64,000 nucleotides of DNA from a virus: positions 35,374-99,373 of IMG/VR virus record IMGVR_UViG_3300037454_000146; one strand, written 5' to 3'. Below the pieces are notes generated by a model, which saw only the letters and a list, made by a program, of their open reading frames with translations, was not told the DNA's origin and searched no databases. Position 1 is the stretch's first letter, and each line of letters begins with the position of its first letter. This document shows positions 63,492 through 64,000 of this stretch, piece by piece. The translations under genes and the position numbers were made by a program.

Positions 63492-63567
63492 TGAAGCGTA
63501 GTCAAGCGGTTAAGACAACAGATTTTGACTCTGCCATTCGGAGGTTCAAATCCTCTCGCTTCAACCA
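63492..63567 (+). tRNA. trnQ: tRNA-Gln (anticodon UUG), CCA encoded
   Basis: Hand-folded cloverleaf. Acceptor TGAAGCG/CGCTTCA (U1-A72), anticodon loop TTTTGAC, T arm GGAGG-TTCAAAT-CCTCT. Confidence 0.75.
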
Positions 63568-63700
63568 TGTGTTTCTTCATCTAATAGTTCCTTTCAGATG
63601 CCCTGCGGAGAGGGCAAAATCTCCGCAAATTTTAAAATCTACACACTTTGGCTTTGTCATTGTGTTGACCTCCTAAGCCCGTCATTGTGGCGGGCAATAA

Positions 63701-63783
63701 GCTCCCTTGCTGGAATAGGCAGACAGGGCAGTCTCAAAAACTGTTGCGAAAGCGTGTGGGTTCAAGTCCCACAGGGAGCACCA
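63701..63783 (+). tRNA. trnL: tRNA-Leu (anticodon CAA), long variable arm, CCA encoded
   Basis: Acceptor GCTCCCT/AGGGAGC, anticodon stem GCAGT/ACTGT with loop CTCAAAA, variable arm TGCGAAAGCG, T arm GTGGG-TTCAAGT-CCCAC. Confidence 0.75.
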
Positions 63784-63786
63784 AAT

Positions 63787-63874
63787 GTGGTAGTGGTGCA
63801 ATTGGCGAGACACACAGGACTTAAAATCCTGCACGACTGATACATTACGGGTTCAACTCCCGTCTACCACACCA
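63787..63874 (+). tRNA. trnL: tRNA-Leu (anticodon UAA), CCA encoded; variable arm pairs poorly
   Basis: Acceptor GTGGTAG/CTACCAC, anticodon stem CAGGA/TCCTG with loop CTTAAAA, T arm ACGGG-TTCAACT-CCCGT. The 15-nt variable region CACGACTGATACATT has no clear stem. Confidence 0.6.
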
Positions 63875-64000
63875 AACCCAGACACGTTTGACATAGCGTG
63901 TGACCTCCTTCGCCCCGATTGTCGGGGCATAACGGCAAAACAAGGGAAATACTTGCAATGCCGACCAAATAATATGCAATATCTTGTGTTTTACGGTCTG

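Noticed and set aside
63598-63840. 80-aa plus-strand ORF and the 63074..63445 minus-strand ORF around the tRNA cluster.
   Set aside because: The first runs through two tRNA genes. The second overlaps the 3' end of 62276..63343 and the tRNA promoter. Neither has an RBS.
63856-63894. 13-codon minus-strand ORF following the second AGGAGGTC near the right edge.
   Set aside because: It overlaps the 3' end of tRNA-Leu and is too short to support. It is kept only as context for the spacer-module finding.
1-64000. Prophage-host junctions (attL/attR) or flanking bacterial genes.
   Set aside because: Every identifiable gene is phage-like or belongs to a mobile element, and no direct repeat pair bracketing the element is visible within the window. 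Integration status cannot be decided from this sequence.

Overview
The window appears to be entirely tailed-phage or prophage DNA with low-GC Firmicutes signals: AAGGAGG-type ribosome-binding sites and many TTGACA-17-TATAAT promoters. No clear host gene is visible.

Layout:
- 1-36.2 kb, minus strand: late structural operon. It runs terminase small(?)/large, portal, scaffold, major capsid, head-tail genes, tail tube, tape measure, baseplate/beta-helix/LRR tail proteins and tail fibre, then a distal cluster of Cys/Gly-rich proteins where a lysis cassette would normally sit.
- 36.3-49.4 kb, minus strand: tyrosine recombinase, a ~0.7 kb ORF-free structured region, metallophosphoesterase, PhoH-like ATPase, ClpP-like protease, a 951-aa YonO/RdRP-like two-barrel RNA polymerase, small unknown genes, a GNAT-like protein and a Rep-like initiator.
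- 49.4-51.4 kb: ORF-free origin/operator region.
- 51.4-58 kb, plus strand: about 20 small early genes.
- 58-64 kb: lysogeny-like module with a second tyrosine recombinase, a solo TnpB element, a regulator with divergent promoters (one carrying a LexA/Cheo box) and three tRNA genes.

Most notable calls:
1. The tape-measure gene is interrupted by a 1,852-nt group I intron. P1, P10 and the P/Q/R/S core elements are readable in the sequence.
2. The intron carries no homing endonuclease. It carries two antisense, promoter-equipped genes: a zinc-ribbon membrane protein and a candidate type III toxin-antitoxin locus (repeat RNA, hairpin, ToxN/AbiQ-like gene).
3. The 7-mer CGGAAAA is strongly and strand-specifically over-represented in the rightward early region, in all codon phases and in spacers.
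4. The phage encodes a YonO-like single-subunit RNA polymerase.
5. Three free-standing homing endonucleases are present.

Functions are assigned from motifs read in the translations. No database search was possible.
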